From a virus, in the IMG/VR virus record IMGVR_UViG_3300023180_000042, positions 10,323-74,322 of that record: DNA of 64,000 nt. One strand, 5' to 3'. Numbering within the stretch: position 1 is the first letter of the stretch; the number at the start of each line of letters is the position of its first letter. The position numbers and the translations under genes were made by a program. The notes beneath the pieces are model-generated. The model did not search any database, had not been told where the DNA came from, and worked only from the letters and a program-made list of their open reading frames with translations. Of this stretch, positions 40,662-50,521 are shown piece after piece.

Positions 40662-40739
40662 TTTTCAGTCCTATGCTTGATACTGCATATGTGCCTGGTG
40701 CAGGTACATATCCGCGGTCTCACATATAGGAGAAATGAA

Positions 40740-41120
40740 ATGAGATATACTCTGCTAGTATTAGCATTTTTAAGTACTTTTGCTATGGCGCATACAATTA
40801 CGTATGACAATGGAGATGTTTATACAGTGGCTGATGACGAATTCGTTTTTGTGGCAAAGCAAAGCGAATTGTGGACTCGCCAAGTTTATAACAATGGCAA
40901 CACGAATCAGTTTAAGAAAATTGTCCCATGGACGAAGGTAGACTATACGCCGCCTGATAATGGGACAAACACTGGCATGGTGTTTGGTTCGCACGAGTGG
41001 TGTGCGGCCTATGTGCCTTGGTCAGAAGGATACACTTTTGCAATGCAAGCATGGCAACGTTATTGTGATAGCAATAACGATGGAGTCTATGACGAAGACG
41101 ATGAACGCTGGGAAGGATAA
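40740..41120 (+). CDS. Small secreted/periplasmic protein
   Basis: AGGAG RBS; signal peptide MRYTLLVLAFLSTFAMA; two Cys; C-terminal DxNxDG Ca-binding-like loop. Confidence 0.7.
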   Translation: MRYTLLVLAFLSTFAMAHTITYDNGDVYTVADDEFVFVAKQSELWTRQVYNNGNTNQFKKIVPWTKVDYTPPDNGTNTGMVFGSHEWCAAYVPWSEGYTFAMQAWQRYCDSNNDGVYDEDDERWEG

Positions 41121-41122
41121 AG

Positions 41123-41146
41123 AAAAGGGGCTTGCGCCCCTTTTTT
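41123..41146. terminator. Bidirectional terminator between convergent genes
   Basis: AAAAGGGGC-TTGC-GCCCCTTTTTT. Confidence 0.85.
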
Positions 41147-42554
41147 AATAGTAGCAAACTGGATTTTCAAAGTAATACACAAGAGGGTCAGGACTAGGTG
41201 CTGGCGAAAAAGCGACGATGTAATCGTCTTCAGCCAGTTGACTCATTCTATATCTGACTCTGTTTAGATGTTTCACAGCCTGTGTTTCTGGTGGTTGTGT
41301 TTCAATAGGCTGTAGGCAGAAACAGCCACCTTTTGTGCCAAGTCTTACTGTTTTACTGTTTTCAGGTATTTCAAAATATGCATCATAGTCTGAAAATCTA
41401 CCAGTAGGCAGATCAGAGTATGACATAACGGTGCCGTAGCCAGCCCAGATCGAATTATCTTCTTTCTCTACTGGTGCTCGATATTCTGGTAGCAGATAGC
41501 CAAACGAATATTCAAAAATGTTTACTGTGCCTTGATGATCACCAAAGTGATGATCGAGTCCTAAAATGTGACCGACTTCGTGCACGAATGTTTCATGCGC
41601 TCGCTCATAGTATCGTGTTGCGGCATAATCCTGAAAGACTGTGTTCTGAAAACATTGTGTGATTCCTCGTGTTTTTTGGACTCCTCGTGTTCCATCTACT
41701 TGAGCAACACCACACGCAATAGGATCTTCCTCTTTCTTTTTAAACAGAAATGCAATGTCAGCCTCTGCGTTTCGTTGCCACTTTTCGACATCACTAAATT
41801 CGTAACGATCACCAAAGAATGCTGTGTACTGCCGCCTTAGATCACCTGCACCAACTTCTACCATTTTTAAATCGACAAGTCGAAGAACAATATAAACACC
41901 AGAATCAGCAAAGACTTTGTTGGCAAAATCCAATTCACGGCGAATGTATTCTTCATGTGTCAAGCCTTCCATGTCTTCTTCGGTGAGTTTGCTATCAACA
42001 ACTGCGAGTAAATCGATTACTGCTAGTTGCTCATTATCCACTTCATATGGAAAGTCAACGCCTGTTCGCTGAAGCACACCATCACAATTCATGTAGTCAT
42101 ACCAAGGGTGTTTAGTGTCAGTTGGATCAGAAGGGCAAGATGCTGGCGGATCCATCTGAGGAATAAAACCACATTCTTCAGCATCTTCTTGTATAGTCTC
42201 AACCTGTTTGCCACCGTTTCCATCAGCTACGTCTTGCACAAGTGTAAGAAGCTGAATAAATCTATTCTCAGGACTAGGCTCTTCTACACAGTATGGTTCT
42301 GATAAAGGTGTGCCAAATGCGGGTGGAGGTTCATAGCCACATTCTTCTGAATTTTCTGTTTTTTCTACGATCTCGCCGCCAGCACCATCTGCTGTGACAA
42401 TTACTAATGTGTGCGGATCTTCACAGTACTCATCTAAAACAGTGCCTTGTGCGGGATGATTAACAACTGGTGGTTGCTCTATAATAGCAGAAGATTCGTT
42501 ACCGCCTGAACAACCTACAAGCAGAGCGAATACAAAGGGCATGTACTTAATCAT
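41145..42554 (-). CDS. Lipoprotein metzincin (reprolysin-like) Zn metalloprotease
   Basis: Lipobox LVGC; HEVGHILGLDH (HExxHxxGxxH); Met-turn TVMSY. Confidence 0.85.
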   Translation of the reverse strand: MIKYMPFVFALLVGCSGGNESSAIIEQPPVVNHPAQGTVLDEYCEDPHTLVIVTADGAGGEIVEKTENSEECGYEPPPAFGTPLSEPYCVEEPSPENRFIQLLTLVQDVADGNGGKQVETIQEDAEECGFIPQMDPPASCPSDPTDTKHPWYDYMNCDGVLQRTGVDFPYEVDNEQLAVIDLLAVVDSKLTEEDMEGLTHEEYIRRELDFANKVFADSGVYIVLRLVDLKMVEVGAGDLRRQYTAFFGDRYEFSDVEKWQRNAEADIAFLFKKKEEDPIACGVAQVDGTRGVQKTRGITQCFQNTVFQDYAATRYYERAHETFVHEVGHILGLDHHFGDHQGTVNIFEYSFGYLLPEYRAPVEKEDNSIWAGYGTVMSYSDLPTGRFSDYDAYFEIPENSKTVRLGTKGGCFCLQPIETQPPETQAVKHLNRVRYRMSQLAEDDYIVAFSPAPSPDPLVYYFENPVCYY

Positions 42555-42581
42555 ATTATTAGTCCAAATAGTGCCTTAATT

Positions 42582-42595
42582 TATTTATATAAATA
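42582..42595. promoter_or_regulatory. Overlapping divergent late promoters
   Basis: Palindrome TATTTATATAAATA reads TATAAATA on both strands, between divergent genes. Confidence 0.8.
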
Positions 42596-42626
42596 CCATT
42601 ATAAAGCAACTCACTTGGGAATATCA

Positions 42627-43136
42627 ATGGCTGATTTTACATGCGATCCTACATATCTTGCGCCGACTGGATTTAAGGTTGCGCTTGATCGAAAGAACTA
42701 TCCAAACATTCAGTTCTTTGCTCAACAAGTACAGCATCCTTCTATGGACATGACTGCTACTGAATTGCCTTATCGTAGAGTGGGTAATGTTGTTACACCG
42801 GGCGATACTTTGTCTTTCGGCACTGTCAGCATGGATATTCTGATGGACGAAAACATGAACGTCTATCAAGAAATCTATGACTGGATGCGCAGACTTGTCG
42901 AAGAAGAATATAAGTCAAATACAGGCAGACTGCTGTCCACTAATGCGGATGAAATTGGATCATTCTGTGATATCAGTGTGTCTGTATTGACAAGTCACAA
43001 TAATATTGGTCGAACAATCAAGTATGTAAATGCACTGCCTACTTCGCTAGGTGACGTACAGTTTGCGGCTACGAGTCAGGGTGAATACATCACGTTCCCT
43101 GTCTCATTCAGATTTGATTATTTTGAGCTAGTGTGA
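42627..43136 (+). CDS. gp3: Tail completion/tube terminator protein (gp3-like)
   Basis: YLAPTGFK, PGD.L.FG, DENM..Y.EIYDW, PTSLG; position before uvsY. Confidence 0.75.
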   Translation: MADFTCDPTYLAPTGFKVALDRKNYPNIQFFAQQVQHPSMDMTATELPYRRVGNVVTPGDTLSFGTVSMDILMDENMNVYQEIYDWMRRLVEEEYKSNTGRLLSTNADEIGSFCDISVSVLTSHNNIGRTIKYVNALPTSLGDVQFAATSQGEYITFPVSFRFDYFELV

Positions 43137-43179
43137 TATAATACACTTTGTGTATCTTTTAATACAGTAATGGTATATT

Positions 43180-43623
43180 ATGAATTTAGAAAACATTCTT
43201 CAGGAGTGGAAGAAAGACTCACATATCGAGTATAACAAACTTGATGTGACTTCGCAAGAGACTCCTAAACTACACGCAAAATATCTTGAGCTATATAGTA
43301 ACGCAAAGCTTAAACTCAAAGACGCGGAGTTTAAGCAGAAGGTATTGCTCAAAGACAAGTGGCTATATTACAACGGGAAGATGCCCGTCGAAACAGTGAT
43401 TGAGAAAGGTTGGAATCCTGATCCGTTCGATGGTCTAAAAATTCTCAAAGGCGAGATGGATTACTACTACGATAGTGATCCTGAGATTATGGCAAGTGAA
43501 GCAAAACTCGCTTACATGAAAGAGGTTGTCGATACTCTCAAAGAGATTATGGACAACATTAAGTGGCGTCATTCGACGATAAAGAACATGATCGATTGGA
43601 AAAAGTTTGAGGCTGGATTTTGA
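43180..43623 (+). CDS. uvsY: Recombination mediator UvsY
   Basis: W.KDS.I, P.LHAKYL, KWLYYNGK, IKNMIDWKKFEAG. Confidence 0.9.
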   Translation: MNLENILQEWKKDSHIEYNKLDVTSQETPKLHAKYLELYSNAKLKLKDAEFKQKVLLKDKWLYYNGKMPVETVIEKGWNPDPFDGLKILKGEMDYYYDSDPEIMASEAKLAYMKEVVDTLKEIMDNIKWRHSTIKNMIDWKKFEAGF

Positions 43624-43760
43624 TTGGATTGCTAGGACTACTGGCTGTGTTTATGTGTCCGATGGTATTTGGTGGCATTACGTTTGTTTACTCGCACAGT
43701 GCAATACATCAAGAAACCTTAGACCGCTGGAAGCGACAAGAGTACGATGCAAATAATTAA
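43620..43760 (+). CDS. Small membrane protein (46 aa, not in ORF track)
   Basis: TTG start overlapping the uvsY stop; MIGLLGLLAVFMCPMVFGGITFVY... Confidence 0.5.
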   Translation: MIGLLGLLAVFMCPMVFGGITFVYSHSAIHQETLDRWKRQEYDANN

Positions 43761-45228
43761 ACTCAAAATGAAAGACTATGCGATGCTTCAGTTGACCGAG
43801 TGTGAACCACACATTGTCACTGAACTGTCCGAGCATTTCACGTTTGAGGTACCAGGCGCTAAGTTTATGCCCGCTGTCAAACGCAGAGTTTGGGACGGCA
43901 AGATTCGTATGCTTGATCGAACTACTGGTCAGATAAATGCTGGCTTGTACTGGGCGATTAAGAAGTTTGCGATGGAGCGCGGCTATGGTATTAAAGTCGA
44001 AGAAGGACCATATGGCTATCCATACGCGACCAACAAAGTAAATCATCTCAAAACAATCGAGTGGCTTGACTCGCTCGATATGCCTTACAAGCCTCGTGAC
44101 TATCAGTACGAAGCACTGACACACGCAATCAAATATCGTCGCGCTATTCTGCTGTCGCCCACTGGCTCTGGTAAGTCTTTTATCATCTACATGTTGATGC
44201 GATGGTACTTAGAAAATCGACAGGCGGGCAAAAAGATTCTACTGATTGTGCCTACGACCTCTCTTGTAGAGCAAATGTATTCAGACTTCAAAGACTATGG
44301 CTTTGACGTTGACAATAATTGTCATCGAATCTACAGCGGCAAAGATAAAGAGACGGACAAAGATATAGTCATCACAACATGGCAATCTATTTACAAACTG
44401 CACCCTGTTTGGTTTCACGAGTTTGGTTGCATCTTTGGCGATGAGGTACATGGATTCAAATCAAAATCGCTCTCATCAATTATGAACAAAGCTGTAAACG
44501 CTGAGTATCGATTCGGCACAACAGGTACACTTGACGGCACACAGGTACACAAATTGGTGCTTGAAGGTCTATTTGGTCCTGTTCATCGTGTGACTACAAC
44601 GCACGAACTTCAGCAGAAAGATACGCTGGCTAAACTAAATATAGATATACTATTGCTTCAGTATTCTAAAGAACAGTGTAAAGAAATGGAGGGCAAGACC
44701 TATCAAGAAGAAATTGACTTCATCGTCTCAAACGAAAAGCGAAACAAATTCATTTCAAATCTTGCGGTCGATAGGAACGGAAATACGTTGGTTTTATTTA
44801 ACTTGGTGGATCGTCATGGCAAGGTGTTGCGGGATCTGATTGAAACCAAGCTGAAAGATGGGCAACGATTATTTTACGTCTCTGGTGAAACCAAAACCAG
44901 CGACAGAGAGCAGATTCGGAATATTGTGGAGAAGCAAAAGGATTCTATTATACTCGCTAGTCTGGGTACTTTCTCCACTGGCATTAATATCAAAAATATA
45001 CATAATATTATATTTGCGTCTCCTTCAAAAAGCCAAATCCGTGTCTTACAATCAATCGGAAGAGGACTAAGAAAATCTGATGATGGTACTGACGCACACT
45101 TGTTTGATATTGCAGATGATCTGCATTGGAAGTCACGAAAGAATTTTACATTGTTGCACAGTGCCGAGCGAATTAAAATTTATAATAATGAAAAGTTTCC
45201 TTACAAAATAACACAAATAGGAATGTGA
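43747..45228 (+). CDS. uvsW: SF2 helicase UvsW
   Basis: PRDYQ, SPTGSGKS, DEVH, QSIGRGLR. Confidence 0.95.
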   Translation: MQIIKLKMKDYAMLQLTECEPHIVTELSEHFTFEVPGAKFMPAVKRRVWDGKIRMLDRTTGQINAGLYWAIKKFAMERGYGIKVEEGPYGYPYATNKVNHLKTIEWLDSLDMPYKPRDYQYEALTHAIKYRRAILLSPTGSGKSFIIYMLMRWYLENRQAGKKILLIVPTTSLVEQMYSDFKDYGFDVDNNCHRIYSGKDKETDKDIVITTWQSIYKLHPVWFHEFGCIFGDEVHGFKSKSLSSIMNKAVNAEYRFGTTGTLDGTQVHKLVLEGLFGPVHRVTTTHELQQKDTLAKLNIDILLLQYSKEQCKEMEGKTYQEEIDFIVSNEKRNKFISNLAVDRNGNTLVLFNLVDRHGKVLRDLIETKLKDGQRLFYVSGETKTSDREQIRNIVEKQKDSIILASLGTFSTGINIKNIHNIIFASPSKSQIRVLQSIGRGLRKSDDGTDAHLFDIADDLHWKSRKNFTLLHSAERIKIYNNEKFPYKITQIGM

Positions 45229-45229
45229 C

Positions 45230-45679
45230 ATGGATTATCAAGACAATTTAGCACAGTTCAAATTTAGTAACGGCCAAGAAGTTGTTTGTGAAGTCATGGA
45301 GTGGCCTGAAGATAAAACTCAAGATATCATTGTTCGAAATGCCATGTCAATCATTATGGGCGAAGATCAAGATGGTGATAGAGTCTATATGTTTAGACCA
45401 TGGGCGCATTATCTAGAAGCGCCTGACGAATATATTTTGGTGAACACTCTCCATGTTGTGAGTACAAATCGCCCTAGTGTTCATCTTGAAGAAGAGTATA
45501 AGTATGCTGTTACAGAGATGCACAAACACAGGCGACTCAGAGATGCTGCCGCAAGAAAAGAGCAGAATGAAGCCTTTGAAAGATTACAAAACGCTATGGT
45601 AAAAATGATTGAAAATGACTCTACTGGAATCTTATCAAACGTGCTACCATTTCCTAAACGCGATGACACATTGCATTAG
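45230..45679 (+). CDS. Conserved hypothetical protein (possible Sm-like fold)
   Basis: QFKFSNGQEVVCEV...FRPW; position between uvsW and gp55. Confidence 0.55.
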   Translation: MDYQDNLAQFKFSNGQEVVCEVMEWPEDKTQDIIVRNAMSIIMGEDQDGDRVYMFRPWAHYLEAPDEYILVNTLHVVSTNRPSVHLEEEYKYAVTEMHKHRRLRDAAARKEQNEAFERLQNAMVKMIENDSTGILSNVLPFPKRDDTLH

Positions 45680-45709
45680 TATATTCTGTCGCCCTGCGCG
45701 TGGAGTTAG

Positions 45710-45738
45710 ATTTTAACACGATTTTTTTAATCTGTCAA
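45710..45738 (-). promoter_or_regulatory. Antisense sigma70-type promoter
   Basis: Minus strand TTGACA-17 nt-TAAAAT with extended TG. Confidence 0.6.
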
Positions 45739-45801
45739 GCTTTTTTTTAAACTAATTTTAGTTTATAATAGTAACAATATGTAAACCGTGAGTAGACATT
45801 T

Positions 45802-46380
45802 ATGAAAGAAAACAAACCACATTACGTCAACAACGCTCAGTTTTCTGAGGCTGTTGTCGAGTACGTAAGACACGCCAACTCTGAAACCGAGGCTGGTAAT
45901 CCAAAACCCATCGTGCCAAACTACGTTGCAGAGTGTTTTCTGAAGATCGCAGAAGGCTTGTCTCATAAGGCTAACTTTGTGCGGTACACGTACCGTGAAG
46001 AGATGGTCATGGACGCTGTAGAAAACTGTCTTAAGGCTATCGAGAACTACAATCTTGAAACTGCTACTCGCACAGGCAAACCCAACGCATTCGCATACTT
46101 TACACAGATTGCATGGTACGCATTTTTGCGCCGTATCGAGAAAGAGAAAAAGCAACAGGACGTTAAACTCAAGTTCATTGCCGAAGCAGATATCAGTCAA
46201 TTTATGGAAAACGCTGATGACATTGATATGAGTGACGATACCACATTCTCTTTCATTGAAGAATTACGCTATCGAATTGACGCTGTAAAAGAAAGCGATC
46301 GAATGTTCAAAGAATATGCTACAAAAGAAAAGCGCCGCCGTAAAGCAAAAGTAGACTCAGACTTGACACAGTGGTTATAA
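45802..46380 (+). CDS. gp55: Late transcription sigma factor
   Basis: HYVNN, CFLKIAEGLSHK.NF..YTYREEMV.D, NAFAYFTQI.WYAFLRRI.KEKKQ. Confidence 0.95.
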   Translation: MKENKPHYVNNAQFSEAVVEYVRHANSETEAGNPKPIVPNYVAECFLKIAEGLSHKANFVRYTYREEMVMDAVENCLKAIENYNLETATRTGKPNAFAYFTQIAWYAFLRRIEKEKKQQDVKLKFIAEADISQFMENADDIDMSDDTTFSFIEELRYRIDAVKESDRMFKEYATKEKRRRKAKVDSDLTQWL

Positions 46381-46395
46381 ATGGAGTATACTTGT

Positions 46396-46515
46396 ATGTG
46401 GAAGTATGAGTGTAAGTCAGGCACGTACGCAGAGACGAGTCTACTTGCTTTGTTATGGACTATCTTTACTCACCGTTTGCATCATCTGATCGAGGACGGT
46501 AAGTTTACGGACTAA
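46396..46515 (+). CDS. Small hypothetical protein (39 aa)
   Basis: GGAG RBS; MWKYECKSGTY...HRLHHLIEDGKFTD fills the gp55-gp47 gap. Confidence 0.5.
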   Translation: MWKYECKSGTYAETSLLALLWTIFTHRLHHLIEDGKFTD

Positions 46516-46516
46516 T

Positions 46517-47590
46517 ATGAAAATAGCATTGCTAAACGATACGCATTGTGGCATCCGCAATTCATCGGATATCATGATGAAGTATCAAGAGAAATTCTAT
46601 TCTGAAGTATTCTTTCCTTATCTGTTAGAGAACAACATCACCAAGATTCTACACCTTGGTGACTACTACGATAATCGAAAGTTTATCAACTTCAAAGCCC
46701 TTGAACACAATCGTAAAATCTTCCTTGAGAAGTTGCGTGAACACAAGATACACATGGACATCATTCCTGGTAACCATGACGTATTCTACAAGAACACGAA
46801 CGATCTGAGTTCACTGAAAGAACTGCTCGGTCACTACATGGCTGAAGTTCGTATCATCGAGAAGCCAACTGTGGTTGAGTATGATGGCACACCGGTTGCA
46901 CTCGTGCCATGGATCAATGATGAGAACGAAGCAGAGACCGAAAAGTTTCTGAAGACGTGCAAAGCGTCTATCGTCGGCGCTCACCTAGAGTTAGAAGGCT
47001 TTGAGATGCAAGCAGGCATTCCATGTACGCATGGCATGAGTGCAGATGATTTCAAAAGATTTGACACAGTACTCACTGGTCACTTCCATACGAAATCAAA
47101 TCACGGCAACATTCACTATCTTGGCTCACAGATGGAGTTCTTCTGGTCAGATGCACATGATCCAAAGTACTTTCACATCTTCGATACCAAGACACGTGAA
47201 CTGACACCTGTACAAAACACCGTCACACTGTTTCATCGGCTGTACTACGATGATACCGTAGAGAAGGCTGAGTATAAGTATCGTACAGGCAAACTGCCCG
47301 ACATCACTGACAAGTTCGTCAAGGTTGTTGTGGCTAACAAATCTAATCCAAAACTATTTGAACACTGGCTTGATCGTATTCAGTCCAAGCGTATTCATGA
47401 ACTGAAGATCGCAGAGAACTTCGAAGAGTTCGTTGGTTCGTCGGTCGAAGATGATCGAGTATCTGTAGAGTCAACTGAACAATTGTTAAGCAGTTATATT
47501 GACGCTGTTGAAACACCTCTTGATAAAGGACATATTAAAAAACTTGTCCATGAATTAATGATAGAGGCTCAGACAGCAGATATAGTATAG
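46517..47590 (+). CDS. gp47: Recombination nuclease subunit (Mre11/SbcD-like)
   Basis: DTHCG, HLGD, GNHD, GHFH. Confidence 0.95.
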   Translation: MKIALLNDTHCGIRNSSDIMMKYQEKFYSEVFFPYLLENNITKILHLGDYYDNRKFINFKALEHNRKIFLEKLREHKIHMDIIPGNHDVFYKNTNDLSSLKELLGHYMAEVRIIEKPTVVEYDGTPVALVPWINDENEAETEKFLKTCKASIVGAHLELEGFEMQAGIPCTHGMSADDFKRFDTVLTGHFHTKSNHGNIHYLGSQMEFFWSDAHDPKYFHIFDTKTRELTPVQNTVTLFHRLYYDDTVEKAEYKYRTGKLPDITDKFVKVVVANKSNPKLFEHWLDRIQSKRIHELKIAENFEEFVGSSVEDDRVSVESTEQLLSSYIDAVETPLDKGHIKKLVHELMIEAQTADIV

Positions 47591-47627
47591 AAACGCACCT
47601 GCCGTATTACCAGAGGTCTGGTGATGC

Positions 47628-47656
47628 TTGACACACTACTTTCGGTATGATATAGT
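47628..47656 (+). promoter_or_regulatory. Sigma70-type promoter for gp46
   Basis: TTGACA-17-TATAGT with TG; ATG follows 6 nt later. Confidence 0.7.
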
Positions 47657-47662
47657 ACACAT

Positions 47663-49369
47663 ATGATTAAATTTACAAATTTGCGTTACCGTAACTTTTT
47701 GTCTACGGGCGATCAATTCACTGAAATTTCCTTAGATCGTGCTAGGTCTACTCTAGTCGTTGGACAAAACGGCGCTGGCAAATCGACAATGCTGGATGCG
47801 TTGTCGTTTGCCCTTTTTGGCAAAGCACATCGAAGCATCAACAAGGGTCAGTTAGTCAACTCAATCAACGGCAAAGCCATGCTAGTCGAAGTCGAGTTCT
47901 CAATTGGTCCATCAAACTATAAGATTGTGCGTGGCGTCAAGCCCAACAAGTTTGAAATCTGGAAAGATAATGTACTGATCAACCAAGACAGTCACAGTAA
48001 AGAGTACCAGAAAGTTCTTGAGCAGAACATTTTGAAATTGAATCACAAATCGTTTCACCAGATTGTGGTGCTTGGTAGTTCATCGTTCATTCCGTTCATG
48101 CAACTACCGGCACAGCATCGCCGTGAGGTGATTGAAGACTTGCTCGACATTAACGTGTTCTCTAAGATGAACACCATTTTGAAAGAACGCATTTCGATTC
48201 TGCGCGAGCGCGAGCGAGCCAACAAAGTTGCGTTAGAACTGATCGAAGAAAAGATCAAGACACAGCGCGACTACGTGGCTAAACTAGAAAAACTTAGCCG
48301 TGAGCAGAAGACCGAACGCCTAAAAGAAATTGCTGTACTGCAAGAGTCAATCACAACTCTTGGTCTTGGTCGTGTCTCTGTGTCTCAAGATCAGATGAAG
48401 AATCTGAAGAGTCAGATGGATGAGCTAAATAGTAAGATTCGTGAGGTCGAGAAATTCGACACACAATTTTCTACGAAGCAAAAAGCACTGAACAAAGAGA
48501 TTAAGTTTTATGAAAGTAACTCCACTTGTCCCACCTGTGACCAAAGTATCGAGCCAGAGGTTAAGCAAGCAAAGACTGAAACAGCGGCTAGAAAGTGGGA
48601 CGAATTCGAAGAAGCAAGACACCAAGCCTCAGCCCAAATCAAATCACTCTCGGATCGACATCGAAGTGTAGAAGAAAACATTGCGAAGATTCAAGAGCAG
48701 TTGAATCGCGAGTTTGAAATCAACACACAGATCACTCAGGCTCAAAATAGAATCGAGCAGTTACAACGAGAGGTCGATAAGGTTGAGACTGAGACTGACT
48801 CTGTAGAAGATTCGCTTTCGCAGTTAGAAATTTACACCAAAGAAGAGCAAGCCCTAACTAAAGACAGACGCCAACTGTCCGAAGAGGGTGCGTACAATAC
48901 TGTCATCACAGAACTGTTAAAAGATACTGGCATCAAGACTAAGATCATCAAACAGTATTTGCCCGTGATCAATAATCTGGTCAACAAGTATCTGCAAGTT
49001 CTGGACTTCTATGTGTCGTTTCATCTGGACGATACGTTTAAAGAGTCTATTCGTTCTCGTTACAGAGACGAATTTTCGTACGACTCATTCAGCGAAGGAG
49101 AGAAACAGCGAATCGATTTAGCCTTGCTGTTCACTTGGCGTATGGTCGCAAAGATGAAGAATAGTGTCGCAACCAATCTTCTCATTCTTGACGAAACTTT
49201 CGATAGCAGTTTGGACGCTGACGGCGTAGACAACCTGTCGAAGATTCTTGAGACGCTTGACGAAGATACGTGCGTATTTGTTATTTCACACAAAGGAGAA
49301 ATGCTTGACGGTAAATTTGATGAGAAAATTGAGTTCGTTAAATCAAAGAACTTCAGCAAAGTCGCTTGA
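47663..49369 (+). CDS. gp46: Recombination ATPase subunit (Rad50/SbcC-like)
   Basis: GQNGAGKST, CPTC hook, FSEGEKQRIDLA, LILDE. Confidence 0.95.
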   Translation: MIKFTNLRYRNFLSTGDQFTEISLDRARSTLVVGQNGAGKSTMLDALSFALFGKAHRSINKGQLVNSINGKAMLVEVEFSIGPSNYKIVRGVKPNKFEIWKDNVLINQDSHSKEYQKVLEQNILKLNHKSFHQIVVLGSSSFIPFMQLPAQHRREVIEDLLDINVFSKMNTILKERISILRERERANKVALELIEEKIKTQRDYVAKLEKLSREQKTERLKEIAVLQESITTLGLGRVSVSQDQMKNLKSQMDELNSKIREVEKFDTQFSTKQKALNKEIKFYESNSTCPTCDQSIEPEVKQAKTETAARKWDEFEEARHQASAQIKSLSDRHRSVEENIAKIQEQLNREFEINTQITQAQNRIEQLQREVDKVETETDSVEDSLSQLEIYTKEEQALTKDRRQLSEEGAYNTVITELLKDTGIKTKIIKQYLPVINNLVNKYLQVLDFYVSFHLDDTFKESIRSRYRDEFSYDSFSEGEKQRIDLALLFTWRMVAKMKNSVATNLLILDETFDSSLDADGVDNLSKILETLDEDTCVFVISHKGEMLDGKFDEKIEFVKSKNFSKVA

Positions 49370-49394
49370 CCTCAAGCGCAGAAAAGTGTATAAT
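49366..49394 (+). promoter_or_regulatory. Sigma70-type promoter for gp45
   Basis: TTGACC-17-TATAAT. Confidence 0.7.
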
Positions 49395-49431
49395 TTATTG
49401 AAATTAACGTGCATAAAAGTGCGAGGATATT

Positions 49432-50106
49432 ATGGAACTAACTGAAAAGACGTTGACTGTTCTGAAGAACTATGCAACGATTAACCCTAACGTTGTGATC
49501 AACAATGGCAACGTAATCAAAACAATCTCTGAGGCTAAGAATGTTCTTAGCAGTGCTGAGGTTGACGTTGAGTTTCCCAAGCAGGTCGGCATCTATGACC
49601 TGAGCGAGTTTCTCAGCGTCTTGTCTTTGGTTGATTCGCCACGTCTTACATTTGAAGACAACAACTTTTTGATCAGTGACGGTAGTGGTCGCACTCGTAT
49701 CAAGTACTTTTACTCTGATATAGATATGCTTACTGTCCCGAGCAAAGACATCATCATGCCTGAGTGTGAGGTATCTTTCTCTCTGGATCGTGAGACGTTG
49801 ACCCGAGTGAAGCGAGCGGCTTCTGTTCTTGGTCACACTGAAATGTCTTTGTCTGTTGTGAATGATGTATTGCAGTTGTCTGTAATCGATCAGAACGACA
49901 AGACTTCGAACGTATTCTCTATCGACGTTGATGGTGAGTACAAAGACGCAAATTTCAACTTCGTATTCAACATTGCGAACTTGAAGATGGTTGATGATGA
50001 TTATCGAGTTGATATCTCATCTAAATTGATTTCTCATTTTGTCAATGAGATTAGCGGTATCCAATACTGGGTAGCACTTGAAAAAACTAGCACTTACGGA
50101 GAATAA
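49432..50106 (+). CDS. gp45: Sliding clamp
   Basis: T..VLKNYATIN, GIYDL.EFL, YWVALE. Confidence 0.95.
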   Translation: MELTEKTLTVLKNYATINPNVVINNGNVIKTISEAKNVLSSAEVDVEFPKQVGIYDLSEFLSVLSLVDSPRLTFEDNNFLISDGSGRTRIKYFYSDIDMLTVPSKDIIMPECEVSFSLDRETLTRVKRAASVLGHTEMSLSVVNDVLQLSVIDQNDKTSNVFSIDVDGEYKDANFNFVFNIANLKMVDDDYRVDISSKLISHFVNEISGIQYWVALEKTSTYGE

Positions 50107-50110
50107 TGCT

Positions 50111-50317
50111 ATGGCTAAGAATGAAACGAACGAAAGCGTCGAGCAACTGATGGAACTCGCTAATCGCGTGACCCGCAGTACTGTCGCTGTAATTGATACC
50201 GTGACCGGACGTGGTGGCTTTCGCGGTGAAGAACTCTCGACTATCGGCCAGTTGCGAGATCAATCTATTCAGTTGATTCAACTTGTTGAACAAATGCAAG
50301 GTGAATCTGGCGAATAA
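50111..50317 (+). CDS. Small conserved hypothetical protein
   Basis: RSTVAVIDT...RGGFRGEELSTIGQLRD. Confidence 0.65.
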   Translation: MAKNETNESVEQLMELANRVTRSTVAVIDTVTGRGGFRGEELSTIGQLRDQSIQLIQLVEQMQGESGE

Positions 50318-50335
50318 TTCTGATATAATACTCCT

Positions 50336-50497
50336 ATGAACAAACTCTGGACTATCTGGAAGTACGCTATCGGTAGCTTCAGTGATGACAAGACCGCAGA
50401 CTATGACAATCATGTCGCGGTTATTCGAACGTTTGTTGTCGTAATCAATGTTGGCTGTGCTTGCATGATTATGGCAAACATCGTTCACAAATGGTAA
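50336..50497 (+). CDS. Small membrane protein (53 aa, not in ORF track)
   Basis: MNKLWTIWKYAIGSFSDDKT..YDN.VA.IRT...ANIVHKW, a family seen in marine myoviruses. TGATATAAT ends 6 nt upstream. Confidence 0.7.
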   Translation: MNKLWTIWKYAIGSFSDDKTADYDNHVAVIRTFVVVINVGCACMIMANIVHKW

Positions 50498-50521
50498 TTT
50501 TATTATGATGCGGAGTAATTT

